Positions 19,136-29,771 of a DNA stretch of 64,000 nt are shown here, in pieces. The position numbers and the translations under genes are program-made. Source of the stretch: a bacterium (GTDB lineage Bacteria > Zhuqueibacterota > Zhuqueibacteria > Oceanimicrobiales > Oceanimicrobiaceae); contig JBBIIG010000004.1 in NCBI GenBank assembly GCA_037446635.1, forward strand, positions 100,859 to 164,858, given 5' to 3'. Under the pieces are notes generated by a model. It saw only the letters and a list, made by a program, of their open reading frames with translations, was not told the origin of the DNA and ran no database searches. Positions within the stretch are counted from its first letter, which is position 1; each line of letters starts with the position of its first letter.

Positions 19136-19304
19136 CAACTCACTTCTCTCGACGCTCACTGGATTTAGACTCCATGCTCGGCCCGCCAAGAAATTCCCAG
19201 CGCAATGAATGTAAGAGAATTGAATTCCAAAGCCATTTGTTCCGTGTGGGATTACTTGGCAAAAACCGCACGGAGAAAAATCCCGCGCGAGCAGACGGGC
19301 ATCG

Positions 19305-19350
19305 CTCCACTACTCCAGAACTCCAACACTCCATTAATCCACTAATCCAT
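19305..19350. repeat. Family A repeat, right-arm half copy
   Basis: ctccactactccagaactccaacactccattaatccactaatccatc immediately downstream of lpdA. Confidence 0.45.
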
Positions 19351-20750
19351 CAAATATGAATCGCCTCTCCCATCGCATCCGCAGCCGCTTCCATCACCGC
19401 TTCCGTGAGCGTCGGGTGCGCGTGGATGGTATGGAAAATTTCCTTCGGCGTGGATTCCAAAGTTTTCGCTATTCCCAGCTCAGCAATCATATCCGTGGCC
19501 TCGCTGCCGATGATATGAGCGCCTAACAGCTCGCCGTACTTGGCGTCGAAAATCAATTTCACCATGCCTTCGGTTTCGCCCACCGCAATCGACTTTCCCA
19601 AAACCCGAAACGGAAACTTGCCAACTTTGATCTCGCGTCCGCCCTCTTTCGCCTTCGCCTCGGTCATACCGATGCTCGCAACTTGCGGCTGGCAATAGGT
19701 GCAGCTCGGAAAATTCGAGTAGTCCACCGGCTTCGGCGATTTTCCCGCGATATTTTCGGCGCAGCAAATTCCCTCTGCGGAGGCCACGTGCGCCAGCAGC
19801 GGCGGGCCGATGACGTCGCCAATTGCCCAAATGCCCTCGACGTTCGTCTGATATTTCTCGTTCACTTTGATGAAGCTCTTTTCGATCTGCACGCCAAGTT
19901 CCTCCAAACCCAAACCGCTGGTGAAGCCACCGAATCCCACCGCCATCAGCGCCATGTCGCCAGTGAGCTCCTGACTGCTGCCTTTCTTGTCGCCGACTTT
20001 CACCGTCACCCCTTTGGCCGAAGTTTTGACGCTCTCGACTTTGGTTTCAGTGAGAATTTCGATGCCGCTTTTTTTGAACGACTTTTGCAGAATGTCCACA
20101 ATTTCGGAATCCTCAAACGGCAGAATTTGCGGCAGCATTTCGACGATGGTGCACTTCACGCCAAACGCGTTGTAGAAATAAGCGAACTCCACGCCAATCG
20201 GTCCGCCGCCGATGATGATCAGCGACTTGGGCAGTTCCTCCAGCACCAAAGCCTCGCGACTGGAAATCACTTTCTTTTTATCAATCTCAACTCCCGGCAA
20301 TGAGCGCGTGAAGCCCCCAGTCGCGACGATGATGTGTTTCGTAGTAACCGCTTCAGCGGTTCCATCGCTTTTGGAAATCTCGACAGTGTTTTTTTTCGCG
20401 ATACGTCCCGTCCCCGTGAAATGCTCGATCTTGTTTTTGCGCATCAAGAACTCGACGCCTTTGCTGAGCCGGTCCGCCGCCGCGCGGCTGCGTTTGACGA
20501 TTTTCTTCGGATCGTATCCGACTTTTTCCACACTCAAGCCGTACTCGTCCGCGTGCTGAAACATGCGATACACCTCGGCGCTGCGCAGCAACGCCTTACT
20601 GGGAATGCAGCCCCAGTTCAAACACAAGCCGCCGAGCCGCTCCTTTTCAACGATGGCGCATCTGAGTCCCAACTGCGAGGCGCGGATGGCCGCCACGTAT
20701 CCGCCGGGTCCGCCGCCGATGACCGTAACATCGAATTCCTTATTTGCCAT
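19350..20750 (-). CDS. lpdA: Dihydrolipoyl dehydrogenase (E3)
   Basis: 466 aa; FAD-binding VIGGGPGGY, the redox disulfide GGLCLNWGCIPSK, and a C-terminal HAHPTLTE. Confidence 0.9.
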   Translation of the reverse strand: MANKEFDVTVIGGGPGGYVAAIRASQLGLRCAIVEKERLGGLCLNWGCIPSKALLRSAEVYRMFQHADEYGLSVEKVGYDPKKIVKRSRAAADRLSKGVEFLMRKNKIEHFTGTGRIAKKNTVEISKSDGTAEAVTTKHIIVATGGFTRSLPGVEIDKKKVISSREALVLEELPKSLIIIGGGPIGVEFAYFYNAFGVKCTIVEMLPQILPFEDSEIVDILQKSFKKSGIEILTETKVESVKTSAKGVTVKVGDKKGSSQELTGDMALMAVGFGGFTSGLGLEELGVQIEKSFIKVNEKYQTNVEGIWAIGDVIGPPLLAHVASAEGICCAENIAGKSPKPVDYSNFPSCTYCQPQVASIGMTEAKAKEGGREIKVGKFPFRVLGKSIAVGETEGMVKLIFDAKYGELLGAHIIGSEATDMIAELGIAKTLESTPKEIFHTIHAHPTLTEAVMEAAADAMGEAIHI

Positions 20751-21717
20751 TTAAAATGTGCTCCATGATTAATTTGCCGTGCTGGCGTGAGTTTTCGATA
20801 AACACTTTGCTGCCATCGCCGCCTGCCGTGATGACGCCTGCAATATAAATTCCCGCTACGTTAGTTTCAAGGGATTTCGGGTTGTGCGCTGGTGTGGCAT
20901 CGTTGGTGAATTGTATGCCCATCTTCTTCAAAAAGTCAACGTTGGGACGATAGCCGGTCATCGCGAAAACGAAGTCGTTTTCGATCTCCCACACTTCGCC
21001 AGCCGCATTTTTCACCACGATGCGATCCTCTTTGATTTGCAAAACTTCGGTATGGAAATGCGCGCGAATTTTCCCTTCTTTGATACGATTCTCGATATCC
21101 GGCAAAATCCAATATTTTACCGATTTGCCAAAACTCTCGCCGCGATGGACGACGGTGACTTTCGCGCCGTGATGATAGAGATCGAGCGCGGCCTCCACTG
21201 CCGAATTTTTGCCGCCAATGACCGCCACGTTTTTCTGAAAGTAGGGATGGCCTTCGGTGTAGTAGTGGCTAACCTTTGGAAGATTTTCGCCGGGGATGTT
21301 TATAAAATTGGGCGTGTCGTACTGCCCGGTGGCAACGATGATGTTGCGCGTGCGATAATTTTTCTTGCGATCAGTTTCAATGCGAAAGTCCCCCTTTTCC
21401 CCGGAGACCGCTTGCACGGTTTCATAAAGATGCAGGCGAATCTGCCAGTGCTCGGCGACGCGGCGATAGTAGTTCAGCGCATCCAATCGTTTTGGTTTCG
21501 GAGCTGAAAGCACAAACGGCACGCCACCAATTTCAAGTAAATCTGCAGTGGAGAAGAATGTGAGATCGGTGGGAAAATGGAAGATGGAGTTGACGAGGCA
21601 GCCCTTTTCGATGACGAGATAATTCAGATTTTGCTGTTTGGCCTCGATGGCACAGGCGAGACCGGCGGGTCCGGCGCCGATGATGATGACATCGAACAAC
21701 TCATGATGGTTGGTCAC
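20740..21717 (-). CDS. YpdA-like FAD-dependent pyridine nucleotide-disulfide oxidoreductase (thioredoxin reductase-like)
   Basis: 325 aa; IIIGAGPAGLACA dinucleotide-binding motif and a second Rossmann motif VIGGKNSAVEAA. Confidence 0.55.
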   Translation of the reverse strand: MTNHHELFDVIIIGAGPAGLACAIEAKQQNLNYLVIEKGCLVNSIFHFPTDLTFFSTADLLEIGGVPFVLSAPKPKRLDALNYYRRVAEHWQIRLHLYETVQAVSGEKGDFRIETDRKKNYRTRNIIVATGQYDTPNFINIPGENLPKVSHYYTEGHPYFQKNVAVIGGKNSAVEAALDLYHHGAKVTVVHRGESFGKSVKYWILPDIENRIKEGKIRAHFHTEVLQIKEDRIVVKNAAGEVWEIENDFVFAMTGYRPNVDFLKKMGIQFTNDATPAHNPKSLETNVAGIYIAGVITAGGDGSKVFIENSRQHGKLIMEHILNGK

Positions 21718-21756
21718 AAAATCTCAAAATCCTTTCTACTCCAGTTTGATCTGAAA

Positions 21757-21969
21757 TTATAAATCCTCGGGTTTCAAACCAGTGTGTTTGGCGATTCTTG
21801 CCAACATCTTTGGGCCAATCTCTTCACGGTCATGAAATGCAAACACAAAATCTGGCCAACCTGTTCTTTCGAGAATCTTGTGCGAACCCGATTGACGTTT
21901 CACGCGCCAACCAATGTGAACAAGCGCTGAAAATACCCGGCGCGCTTTGGTAGCTCGCCATTGGCTCAT
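21757..21969 (-). CDS. hicA: HicA family toxin (second copy)
   Basis: 70 aa; ALVHIGWRVKRQSGSHKIL. Confidence 0.6.
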   Translation of the reverse strand: MSQWRATKARRVFSALVHIGWRVKRQSGSHKILERTGWPDFVFAFHDREEIGPKMLARIAKHTGLKPEDL

Positions 21970-22172
21970 GTGCTCGTCGCAAAATACTCGCCGACTTCTG
22001 GCACCTCTTCGCCGTGCTCGATGCGATCGGCCAGTACACGCAGCGCCAGAGCCTTCACTTTTGCAACGGCTTCATCACGCGTTTGACCGTAGGCCAAAAC
22101 ACCGGGAAGGTCAGGAATTTCTGAGAGCCAGCGTCCGTCTTCTTCTTTTTCGATTTCAATCGTCCATTTCAT
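21966..22172 (-). CDS. hicB: HicB family antitoxin (second copy)
   Basis: 68 aa; MKWTIEIEKEEDGRWLSEIPDLPGVLAYGQTRDEAVAKVKALA. Confidence 0.6.
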   Translation of the reverse strand: MKWTIEIEKEEDGRWLSEIPDLPGVLAYGQTRDEAVAKVKALALRVLADRIEHGEEVPEVGEYFATST

Positions 22173-22191
22173 AGTTGATTACTCGACAACA

Positions 22192-23466
22192 TTAATTGAG
22201 CACTTCGCGCGGATCGGAAATGACGCCGCGCACAGCCGTGGCCGCGGCCACCGCTGGACTCACCAAATACACCTGCGCCGATGTATGCCCATTGCGTCCC
22301 ACGAAATTGCGGTTGGTGGTGAACACCCCGACCTCCTTCTCCGCCATCACCCCCATGTGAGCGCCGAAGCAAGCGCCGCAAGTTGGCGGGCCTATTGAAG
22401 CGCCGGCTTCGTGGAAAATTTCCGCGAGGCCTTCGGTCAGCATTTGATGATAAATCTGCTCCGTTGCCGGCACCACCACCATTCGCAGGCGATTGTTGAC
22501 TTTCTTCCCTTTCAACACTTGCGCCGCGATACGCAAATCTTCGATTTTGCCGTTGGTGCACGAGCCGATGTAAACTTGATCGACTGGCACTTTTTCGACT
22601 TCCGAAACCGACATCACATTGCCCGGCAAATGCGGACGCGCCACCATCGGCTGCAAGTTGCTGACATCGTAACTTAGTTCCTGACAATACACCGCGTCAG
22701 CATCCGGCGCAAAGAACAGCCACTCGTCCTCCGGCTTGACGGCGCGACCGCGCAGATATTCTCGCGTCACTTCGTCGGCTTTGATAACGCCGTTCTTGCC
22801 GCCGCACTCGATGGTCATGTTGGCAAACACCAGGCGATCGTACATCGGCATGTTCTCGATGGTCTCGCCGCCAAACTCGATGGCTTTATAGGTGGCGCCC
22901 TCGATTCCCAAATCGCGGCACACCAGCAGCATCATGTCTTTGGCAGAAACCCATTCCGGCAACTTGCCCGTGAAAGTAACTTTGATGGACTCCGGCACGC
23001 GGAACCACGTCTCTCCCAAAACCCAGGCCGCAGCCATATCAGTGCTGCCCACTCCGCTGGCGAAACAGCCGAGTGCGCCGTAGGTGGTGCTGTGGGAATC
23101 GGCGCCGAGCACGACGTCACCGGGACAAATCAACCCCTGTTCCGGCAAGAGTTGGTGGGAAATGCCGGAGCGCCCCACTTCGTAGTAATATTTGATGTTC
23201 TGCTCGCGGGCAAAATTGCGCATGATTTTGGAGAACTCCGCGGATTTGATGTCTTTGGCCGGCGTGAGATGGTCGTGTACCAGCGGGACTTTTTCCGGAT
23301 CAAACACCCGCTCGCCACCCATCTCTTTGAAGACTTTGATGGTCAGCGGCGAGGAGATGTCCGTCGCCATCGCGATATCGATTTTGGCAAAAATCAAATC
23401 GCCCGGCTTCACTTCTTTCAGCCCGGCGCGATTGGCTAAGATTTTTTCAGTGAGTGTCATGCCCAT
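22192..23466 (-). CDS. leuC: 3-isopropylmalate dehydratase/homoaconitase large subunit-like (aconitase family)
   Basis: 424 aa; MGMTLTEKIL start and the aconitase-family Cys ligands (GSCTNG, CGAC). No small subunit is adjacent. Confidence 0.75.
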   Translation of the reverse strand: MGMTLTEKILANRAGLKEVKPGDLIFAKIDIAMATDISSPLTIKVFKEMGGERVFDPEKVPLVHDHLTPAKDIKSAEFSKIMRNFAREQNIKYYYEVGRSGISHQLLPEQGLICPGDVVLGADSHSTTYGALGCFASGVGSTDMAAAWVLGETWFRVPESIKVTFTGKLPEWVSAKDMMLLVCRDLGIEGATYKAIEFGGETIENMPMYDRLVFANMTIECGGKNGVIKADEVTREYLRGRAVKPEDEWLFFAPDADAVYCQELSYDVSNLQPMVARPHLPGNVMSVSEVEKVPVDQVYIGSCTNGKIEDLRIAAQVLKGKKVNNRLRMVVVPATEQIYHQMLTEGLAEIFHEAGASIGPPTCGACFGAHMGVMAEKEVGVFTTNRNFVGRNGHTSAQVYLVSPAVAAATAVRGVISDPREVLN

Positions 23467-23564
23467 GTTGTCACCTCAATTTGCTTAAAATCAATTTGAT
23501 TATAGAAAACTTTGGAGAAAATTACAAGCGGAAATTTGGAAGGAAATCCGACTGCGAAGGCTAT

Positions 23565-24884
23565 TCACCGCAGCACGAACCGCGGCAACCACTGCACGGT
23601 TTCGGGGAAGAAAACGATCAGCAGCAACGTCAACAATTGCACAAACACAAACGGGATGATGCCTTTGTAAAGGTGAGCCGTGGTGACAGTCGGGGGCGCC
23701 ACCCCTTTTAAATAGAATAGCGAGAAACCAAACGGCGGCGTGATAAACGAGGTTTGCAGGTTCATGGCGATCAACACGCCAATCCAGAGCAGATCGATTC
23801 CCATGGCGGCGAAAATCGGCGCCACCACCGGCACAATGATAAAAGTAATTTCGATGAAGTCAATAAAAAATCCGGCGATGAAAATCACCACCATCACCAA
23901 AAACAAAAAGGCGTGTGGACTGAGGTTGGATTCGAGGATGAGCTGGGTGAGCTGGCGGTCGCCGCCCATGATGCGAAACACCAGGCCGAACGCCGTTGCG
24001 CCCACAAGGATGATGAACACCATGCTCGTCAACAGCGTGGTTTCCTTCATCACCGCTTTGAGGGCCGCGAAGGAAAATCGTCTTTGGAACATCGTCAGCA
24101 GCGTGGCGCCCAGCGCGCCCACCGCGGCGGCTTCGGTGGGCGAAGCGATGCCCGCGAAAATCGATCCCAACACCGCCAGCATCAAAAAAAACGGCAGCAG
24201 AAAAGCGCGAATCACCCGGCGCACCATCGCCCAACCTTTGAATTTTTCCAACTCTTCCACTGGCATGGCCGGCGCGCGCTGCGGGCGGAACTTGGAAATC
24301 AGCAGCAGCAAAAATAAATAAAGGCACACGAGAATGGCGCTGGGGATGATCGCGCCCAGAAACATGTCGCCAATCGACACATTCAAAATGCTGCCCAGCA
24401 AAACCAACACGATGCTGGGTGGAATGATCTGCCCCAATGTGCCGGCGGCCGCAATCGCGCCCGTGGCCAACTCGGGACTGTAGCCGCGCTTAAGCATGGT
24501 CGGCAAACTTAGCAGCCCCATCGTTACCACTGTGGCGCCGACAATGCCAGTGGACGCCCCCAGCAGCGCGCCCACTACCACCACGGAAATCGCCAGCCCG
24601 CCGCGCAGCCGGCCGAACAACAGCGCCATCGTCTCCAACAAATCTTCCGCGAGGCCGGACTTCTCCAACATCACGCCCATGTAAATGAACAGCGGCACCG
24701 CGATCAGCACGTAGTTGCTCATGATGCCCCAGATGCGCAGCGGCAGCAAATTAAAAAAATCGAGGCCAGAGGTGAGTACTCCAAAAATAACCGCGACGCC
24801 GCCCAGCGTAAACGCCACCGGAAATCCCAGCAACAAAAAAATGAACAGGGTGAGAAACAGCAAGAGCGGCATGAGTTCAGCCAT
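23565..24884 (-). CDS. dctM: TRAP transporter large permease
   Basis: The start [14 protein letters not shown]... gives a polytopic membrane protein of typical DctM length; the raw ORF's N-terminal extension is rejected. Confidence 0.85.
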   Translation of the reverse strand: MAELMPLLLFLTLFIFLLLGFPVAFTLGGVAVIFGVLTSGLDFFNLLPLRIWGIMSNYVLIAVPLFIYMGVMLEKSGLAEDLLETMALLFGRLRGGLAISVVVVGALLGASTGIVGATVVTMGLLSLPTMLKRGYSPELATGAIAAAGTLGQIIPPSIVLVLLGSILNVSIGDMFLGAIIPSAILVCLYLFLLLLISKFRPQRAPAMPVEELEKFKGWAMVRRVIRAFLLPFFLMLAVLGSIFAGIASPTEAAAVGALGATLLTMFQRRFSFAALKAVMKETTLLTSMVFIILVGATAFGLVFRIMGGDRQLTQLILESNLSPHAFLFLVMVVIFIAGFFIDFIEITFIIVPVVAPIFAAMGIDLLWIGVLIAMNLQTSFITPPFGFSLFYLKGVAPPTVTTAHLYKGIIPFVFVQLLTLLLIVFFPETVQWLPRFVLR

Positions 24885-25455
24885 TCGCAGTTTCTCCCGG
24901 CGGTTGTTTGGCGCGCTGTTCAAATGCTGCGGAAAGCGATTGCATCGCGAGCGCCACGCCCTGCAGCAGCAGAAGAAAAAATCCCAGCGGCACACAGGCC
25001 TTGAGCAGGAAGCGCGCCGGCAGCCCGCCGGGGTCGGGCGAGGTCTCGCCGATGCGAAACGAGATGGCGACAAAATTGTGGGAGGCCCAGATAACCAGAG
25101 CCGCAAACGGAATTAAAAAAACGATGCTGCCCCAGAAATTGATCCAGGCGCGGGTTTGCGGCGAAAATTTGATGTAGAGCACATCGACGCGCACGTGGCG
25201 ATCGTGTTTGAGGGTATAGGCTGCCGCCAGCAAAAAAATGATTGCGAATACGTGCCACTCCAATTCCTGCACCGCGATGCGGCTGCGGTTCAAAAGATAG
25301 CGGGTGAAGACGTCGTAGCACACGATGAGCACCAGCAGCGTCGTCAGCCAGGAAACGGCGGCGCCGATTTTTTCGTTGAGGGTGTCGATGAATGCGGCGA
25401 ATCGGGTGAGGGTGCGCAAGGTTTCCTTCCTCCCATCGTCGTAGGGGCAATTCAT
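24877..25455 (-). CDS. dctQ: TRAP transporter small permease
   Basis: 192 aa with 4 TM segments; overlaps the dctM start by 8 nt. Confidence 0.75.
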   Translation of the reverse strand: MNCPYDDGRKETLRTLTRFAAFIDTLNEKIGAAVSWLTTLLVLIVCYDVFTRYLLNRSRIAVQELEWHVFAIIFLLAAAYTLKHDRHVRVDVLYIKFSPQTRAWINFWGSIVFLIPFAALVIWASHNFVAISFRIGETSPDPGGLPARFLLKACVPLGFFLLLLQGVALAMQSLSAAFEQRAKQPPGETANG

Positions 25456-25591
25456 GAATTGCCTCTACGGGTTGAATAAATTTGCAGGCAAAATATTGAG
25501 TCGCCGCCAAAGAAGCAAGGGAAAATTTTTGCTTGAGAATGAAGGAAGGGCTGGTTATTTTTCACGAAACTTCTTATAACCGGAGGAAACC

Positions 25592-26347
25592 TTGCACACT
25601 CGAACTCGCAAACTCGCGGCCGCCTGGCTGATCCTCAGCTTTGGCTGCGCGCATCATTCGGTATCACAAAGCACACAGCAGCCGCGCCGGCTACCCAATG
25701 ACATTCGCTGGGTTACGGAATCCATCGAATTTGCGGCGCTGTGCACGCAAGTCTATCGCAACGCCTGGCAGGTGGTGAAAGCCGCGGCCCCAAACGAAAG
25801 CCGCAACTGGGTGGTGGTGTTCGACGTCGATGAAACCGTGCTCGATAACTCCGGCTACGCCCTCGAGCGCGCCGCCATCGACTCCGGCTTCACCGAAGCC
25901 TCGTGGGCCAAGTGGGTGTTCCGCAAAGAAGCCGTCCCCATTCCCGGCGCGAAGGCGTTTATCGACAGCGTGCGCACCCTGCCGCGGGCGCACATTGCCT
26001 ACATTACCGACCGGCTTTTTGCGCATGAACAAGCCACCATCGAGAATTTACAGAAACACGGTTTGTTCAAAGACGGCGACCTCATGCTCACCAAAACCAG
26101 CCGCGAGGATCAAAAAGAAGATCGCCGCCGCTGTTTGGAAAACGGTAGCGGCCGCTGCGAGACATCCGGGCCGCTGGTGATTCTCGCGCTTTTTGGCGAC
26201 AACATCCGCGATTTCATCCCCGTGCGCGGCAAAGAAAACGCGCAAATTTATCGCACCGTGACGCTCGCCGAAGACGGGCGCTGGGGCACAAAATTTTTCA
26301 TGCTGCCCAATCCAACGTATGGAGCATGGGAGCGGGAGTATCAATGA
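25592..26347 (+). CDS. HAD-superfamily class B acid phosphatase / 5'-nucleotidase, lipoprotein e(P4) family
   Basis: 251 aa; lipoprotein signal LILSFGC; the VVVFDVDETVLDNS DDDD motif. Confidence 0.7.
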   Translation: MHTRTRKLAAAWLILSFGCAHHSVSQSTQQPRRLPNDIRWVTESIEFAALCTQVYRNAWQVVKAAAPNESRNWVVVFDVDETVLDNSGYALERAAIDSGFTEASWAKWVFRKEAVPIPGAKAFIDSVRTLPRAHIAYITDRLFAHEQATIENLQKHGLFKDGDLMLTKTSREDQKEDRRRCLENGSGRCETSGPLVILALFGDNIRDFIPVRGKENAQIYRTVTLAEDGRWGTKFFMLPNPTYGAWEREYQ

Positions 26348-26354
26348 CGGTAGG

Positions 26355-26425
26355 TAGTACGCAGTTGGCAGTTAGCAATTCACAATTGAACGTTCATCGT
26401 TCACAATTCACCATTTGATTTTCAA
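26355..26425. repeat. Family B repeat (cagttggcag / caattcac 7-bp units)
   Basis: gcagttggcagttagcaattcacaattgaacgttcatcgttcacaattcaccatt. Confidence 0.5.
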
Positions 26426-26464
26426 CCGAAAGCTGTTTATATTTTTGAAATTCTAGATTGGAAA

Positions 26465-27268
26465 ATGGCGCGAGACAATCTCCCCTTCTACAAATTCTCT
26501 GCCACCGGCAACGATTTCATTTTGATCGACAACCGCGAGCGCATCGTTGACGCGAACGACGTGGAATTCTTTCGGCAAATTTGCCAGCTCCGGGTTTCTG
26601 TGGGCGCGGACGGCGTGCTGCTCATCGAGCCCTCCAGTGAATTCGATTTCCAATTGCGCTATTTCAACGCCGATGGCAGCGCAACCGAATGCGGCAACGG
26701 CGCCCGCAGCGCGGCGTATTTCGCCTTCAAAAACAAAATCGCTGATCGCAAAATGCGCTTCCGCTTCGACGACGCCGTTTATGAAGCCGCAGTGAACAAC
26801 GCTTTCGTCAAACTGAAACTCCCCCCGCCGCGGGACTGGCGCGAGGCAACCGGAATTTTAGAAGAAGACTTTTTGGAGGCCGGCGGATTCATCAACACCG
26901 GCGTGCCGCACTTCGTGGTGTTCGCCAGCGAAATCGAAAATCACGACGTGCACGGGCTGGGGCAAAAGTATCGTCATCATCCGCATTTCCAGCCTGCGGG
27001 CGCCAACGTCGATTTTGTGGAAGTCCTCTCCCCTACTCAAATCAAAGTGCGCACCTATGAGCGCGGCGTGGAGAAAGAAACGCTGTCGTGCGGCACCGGC
27101 TGCGTGGCCTCGGCAGTGGTGGCGCACCGCAAAAAGGGCACACGCTTCACCACGGAAGTGCTGACACCCGGCGGAACGCTGCGGGTGTCACAGGAGGAGG
27201 AAAGTGGACCGGCATATTTGGAAGGCGAAGTGAAGCTGGTTTACGAAGGCAAGTTGATCACGCCGTGA
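26465..27268 (+). CDS. dapF: Diaminopimelate epimerase
   Basis: 267 aa; FSATGNDFILID ... ECGNGARS ... SCGTGCVAS catalytic Cys motifs. Confidence 0.88.
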   Translation: MARDNLPFYKFSATGNDFILIDNRERIVDANDVEFFRQICQLRVSVGADGVLLIEPSSEFDFQLRYFNADGSATECGNGARSAAYFAFKNKIADRKMRFRFDDAVYEAAVNNAFVKLKLPPPRDWREATGILEEDFLEAGGFINTGVPHFVVFASEIENHDVHGLGQKYRHHPHFQPAGANVDFVEVLSPTQIKVRTYERGVEKETLSCGTGCVASAVVAHRKKGTRFTTEVLTPGGTLRVSQEEESGPAYLEGEVKLVYEGKLITP

Positions 27269-27274
27269 TGCAGG

Positions 27275-27340
27275 GTTGTCAACATGAAAGTTGGCAGTTG
27301 ACAATTGGCAATTCACCATTCACAATTCACCATTGACCAT
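27275..27340. repeat. Family B repeat
   Basis: agttggcagttgacaattggcaattcaccattcacaattcaccattgaccattg. Confidence 0.5.
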
Positions 27341-27783
27341 TGCGTGAAAATCAAATTTATACCATTGGGCATTCCACCCACGCCATCGAAACATTTCTCG
27401 GCTTGCTGCACAGGCACGGCATCAAATGTGTGGTCGATATTCGCCGATTCCCGACCTCCCGCAAACATCCGCAATTTTTGAAAGAGAATTTGGTGCAGAG
27501 TTTAACGCAAACCGGCATCAACTATGTTTGGCTGGGCGGGCAATTGGGCGGATTTCGAGACGGCGGTTACGAAGTCTACCTCGCAACCGATTCATTTCAA
27601 AAAGGTTTAACAGAATTGATGTTACTGGGCAGTCAGCAGCCGACGGCGTTTCTCTGCGCCGAGGCGCTGTATTTTCGCTGCCACCGTCGCTTCATCGCCG
27701 ATGAATTGACGCGGCAAAATTGGCGTGTGCTGCACATCCTGCCCGACGGCAAGCTTCACGAACATCCCGCGAGTCTCTTATGA
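27340..27783 (+). CDS. DUF488 domain-containing protein
   Basis: 147 aa; IYTIGHSTH...FCAEALYFRCHRRFIADEL fits the DUF488 pattern. Confidence 0.6.
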   Translation: MRENQIYTIGHSTHAIETFLGLLHRHGIKCVVDIRRFPTSRKHPQFLKENLVQSLTQTGINYVWLGGQLGGFRDGGYEVYLATDSFQKGLTELMLLGSQQPTAFLCAEALYFRCHRRFIADELTRQNWRVLHILPDGKLHEHPASLL

Positions 27784-28259
27784 ACAAAATCATCATCGAT
27801 GGCTACAACATGATTCATCTCGTGCCGGATCTCCGGCAGTTTTTGGATGACAGTTTGGAACGGGCGCGAGACGAGCTGATTCGCAAGCTCAAATCGTATT
27901 TGTTGAATAAGAAAGTTTACATCGCGGTGGTGTTCGACGGTAATCATCCCGTCGGCGGCCAGAGCTTTGAGCGAAATCAAAACCTCGAAATCAAGTTTTC
28001 AAACTATCCGTTCAAAGCCGATCCGCTGATTAAAAAGCTGATTCAAAAAGAACAGCAAAAAGGCGCGCTGACTATCGTCACCCACGATTCTGAGATCGCA
28101 GCGTTTGCGGCGGCGGAACACGCCGCGGTGCTTTCGCCCGCAGAATTTTGGGGACGCCTGACCAAACGCCAACCAGAGAACGGGATTTTCGATAAATTCG
28201 ACCGCGAGCTTTCCGACGACGAGCTGGCGGAATGGAAAAATATCTTCGGTGTCAAATAA
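27780..28259 (+). CDS. NYN/PIN-like domain protein (YacP-like)
   Basis: The start MNKIIIDGYNMIH overlaps the DUF488 stop as ATGA; the raw ORF start further upstream is rejected. Confidence 0.5.
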   Translation: MNKIIIDGYNMIHLVPDLRQFLDDSLERARDELIRKLKSYLLNKKVYIAVVFDGNHPVGGQSFERNQNLEIKFSNYPFKADPLIKKLIQKEQQKGALTIVTHDSEIAAFAAAEHAAVLSPAEFWGRLTKRQPENGIFDKFDRELSDDELAEWKNIFGVK

Positions 28260-28280
28260 CCCGTAGGGGCACGACGCGTC

Positions 28281-29675
28281 GTGCCCCTACGGCTACTCAA
28301 CATGACAACCAACCCAAATCTCGACGAACGACTTCTGAGGCGCCGCAAGGCCCTGGTCACCGGCATGGTGGCGCTGACGGTGCTGGTGCTGTTCGCGGTC
28401 ATCTTCGGCGCGTGGAATTTTCTGCAGCGCATGGAAATTTATCTTGAAGAGGAATTAGGCCGGCGGCTGCTGTCGGTCGCCACGCTGACAGCGAAAGTCA
28501 TCGAATCAACGGACTTCCCATTTTTCGTGGAGTCGGAACGTTACGCGCTGATTTTGCCCTCGCTGCGGGAGGTGCTTAATGGCGTTCACAACGAAAACCA
28601 GTTGCAGGGCGTTTATCTCGTGGACGAAAATTATAAAGTCTTTGCCAGCAGCCGCAATATTTTTCCCTACGGCGAGCGGCTGACGTTTTTGGAAGAAGAC
28701 AGCGCGACCGTGGCGCAAGCCGCGGCCGGCATCCCGGCGGCCGCGCCGATGCAAGTGTTAGAGGGCAACCGTTTCAAAAGCGCGTACGCGCCGGTGTTCG
28801 GGCCGCTGCGCGACGTGGTGGCGATTGTGGTGGTGCAGGCCAGCGCCGATTTTTTCGAACTGTTGGGCGTATTTCAAAGTGGCTTAATTGTCGGCGGCGT
28901 GGTCGGCATCGCGTTGGCGGGGCTGCTGTCGGCGTTTCTGTTTTGGGCGATCGCGCTGCTGGTGAAAACCCACGAGTCGCTGCGACAAAGTGAGCGGCTC
29001 GCCGCGATGGGTCAAATGGCCGCGACCGTGGCGCATGAAATTCGCAATCCACTGGGAATCATCAAAAGCACGGCGGACGTGCTGAACTCAAAATATAATT
29101 CCAAAGAGCAGCCGGATGAGTTGTTTGATTTCATCCCCAGCGAAGTTCGGCGGCTCAACCGGCTGGTGAGCGATTTTCTGACCTTTGCCCGCGACCGGGA
29201 AATCCAACCGCTCGCTAATGATTTGCTGAGTACGGTGAAGAAAAGTCTAAGCTCGCTGGAAGACGAAATGCGCCACGCCAATGTCACACTTCAAACTGAG
29301 TTCGACGAACTGCCACCCGTGCAGCACGACGAAGATGCCGTTAATCAGGTGCTGCTGAATTTGGCGCTCAATGGGATTCAGGCGATGAACGGCGGCGGCG
29401 AAATGACGGTGCGCGTGAAGCGAGATGCTCGCAAAGGCCGGGCGCTGGCGCGCGTGGAGGTGCAGGACAGTGGCTGCGGCATCGACGGCGATCTCGAAAA
29501 AATCTTCGAGCCGTTTTACACCACCAAAACTTCCGGCAGCGGCCTGGGACTGGCCATCTGCAAACGCCTCGTGGAAAAACACGGCGGCTGGATAGAGGTG
29601 GAAAGCGAAAAGGGTCGGGGGACAACGATGCGGGTGTTTTTGCCGGTGGAAAAAAGAAGCCCCTATGAACATTAG
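28281..29675 (+). CDS. Sensor histidine kinase (periplasmic/TM sensor, HisKA, HATPase_c)
   Basis: 464 aa; 2 TM segments; H-box AAMGQMAATVAHEIRNPL; N/G-box ...VQDSGCGI...GSGLGL. Confidence 0.82.
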   Translation: MPLRLLNMTTNPNLDERLLRRRKALVTGMVALTVLVLFAVIFGAWNFLQRMEIYLEEELGRRLLSVATLTAKVIESTDFPFFVESERYALILPSLREVLNGVHNENQLQGVYLVDENYKVFASSRNIFPYGERLTFLEEDSATVAQAAAGIPAAAPMQVLEGNRFKSAYAPVFGPLRDVVAIVVVQASADFFELLGVFQSGLIVGGVVGIALAGLLSAFLFWAIALLVKTHESLRQSERLAAMGQMAATVAHEIRNPLGIIKSTADVLNSKYNSKEQPDELFDFIPSEVRRLNRLVSDFLTFARDREIQPLANDLLSTVKKSLSSLEDEMRHANVTLQTEFDELPPVQHDEDAVNQVLLNLALNGIQAMNGGGEMTVRVKRDARKGRALARVEVQDSGCGIDGDLEKIFEPFYTTKTSGSGLGLAICKRLVEKHGGWIEVESEKGRGTTMRVFLPVEKRSPYEH

Positions 29676-29771
29676 TCAAATAACTCAAATGATTATCATA
29701 CAGTCTTTTTCTTGCGAAGAATCTGTTTATTTCATATTTTCACCAGAATTCCATTTTAAGAAAGGTCAGAG

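Noticed and set aside
22169-22687. 172-aa minus-strand ORF overlapping the 3' end of the LeuC-like gene
   Set aside because: It is an alternative frame within leuC with low-complexity Arg/Gly-rich translation; not a LeuD small subunit.
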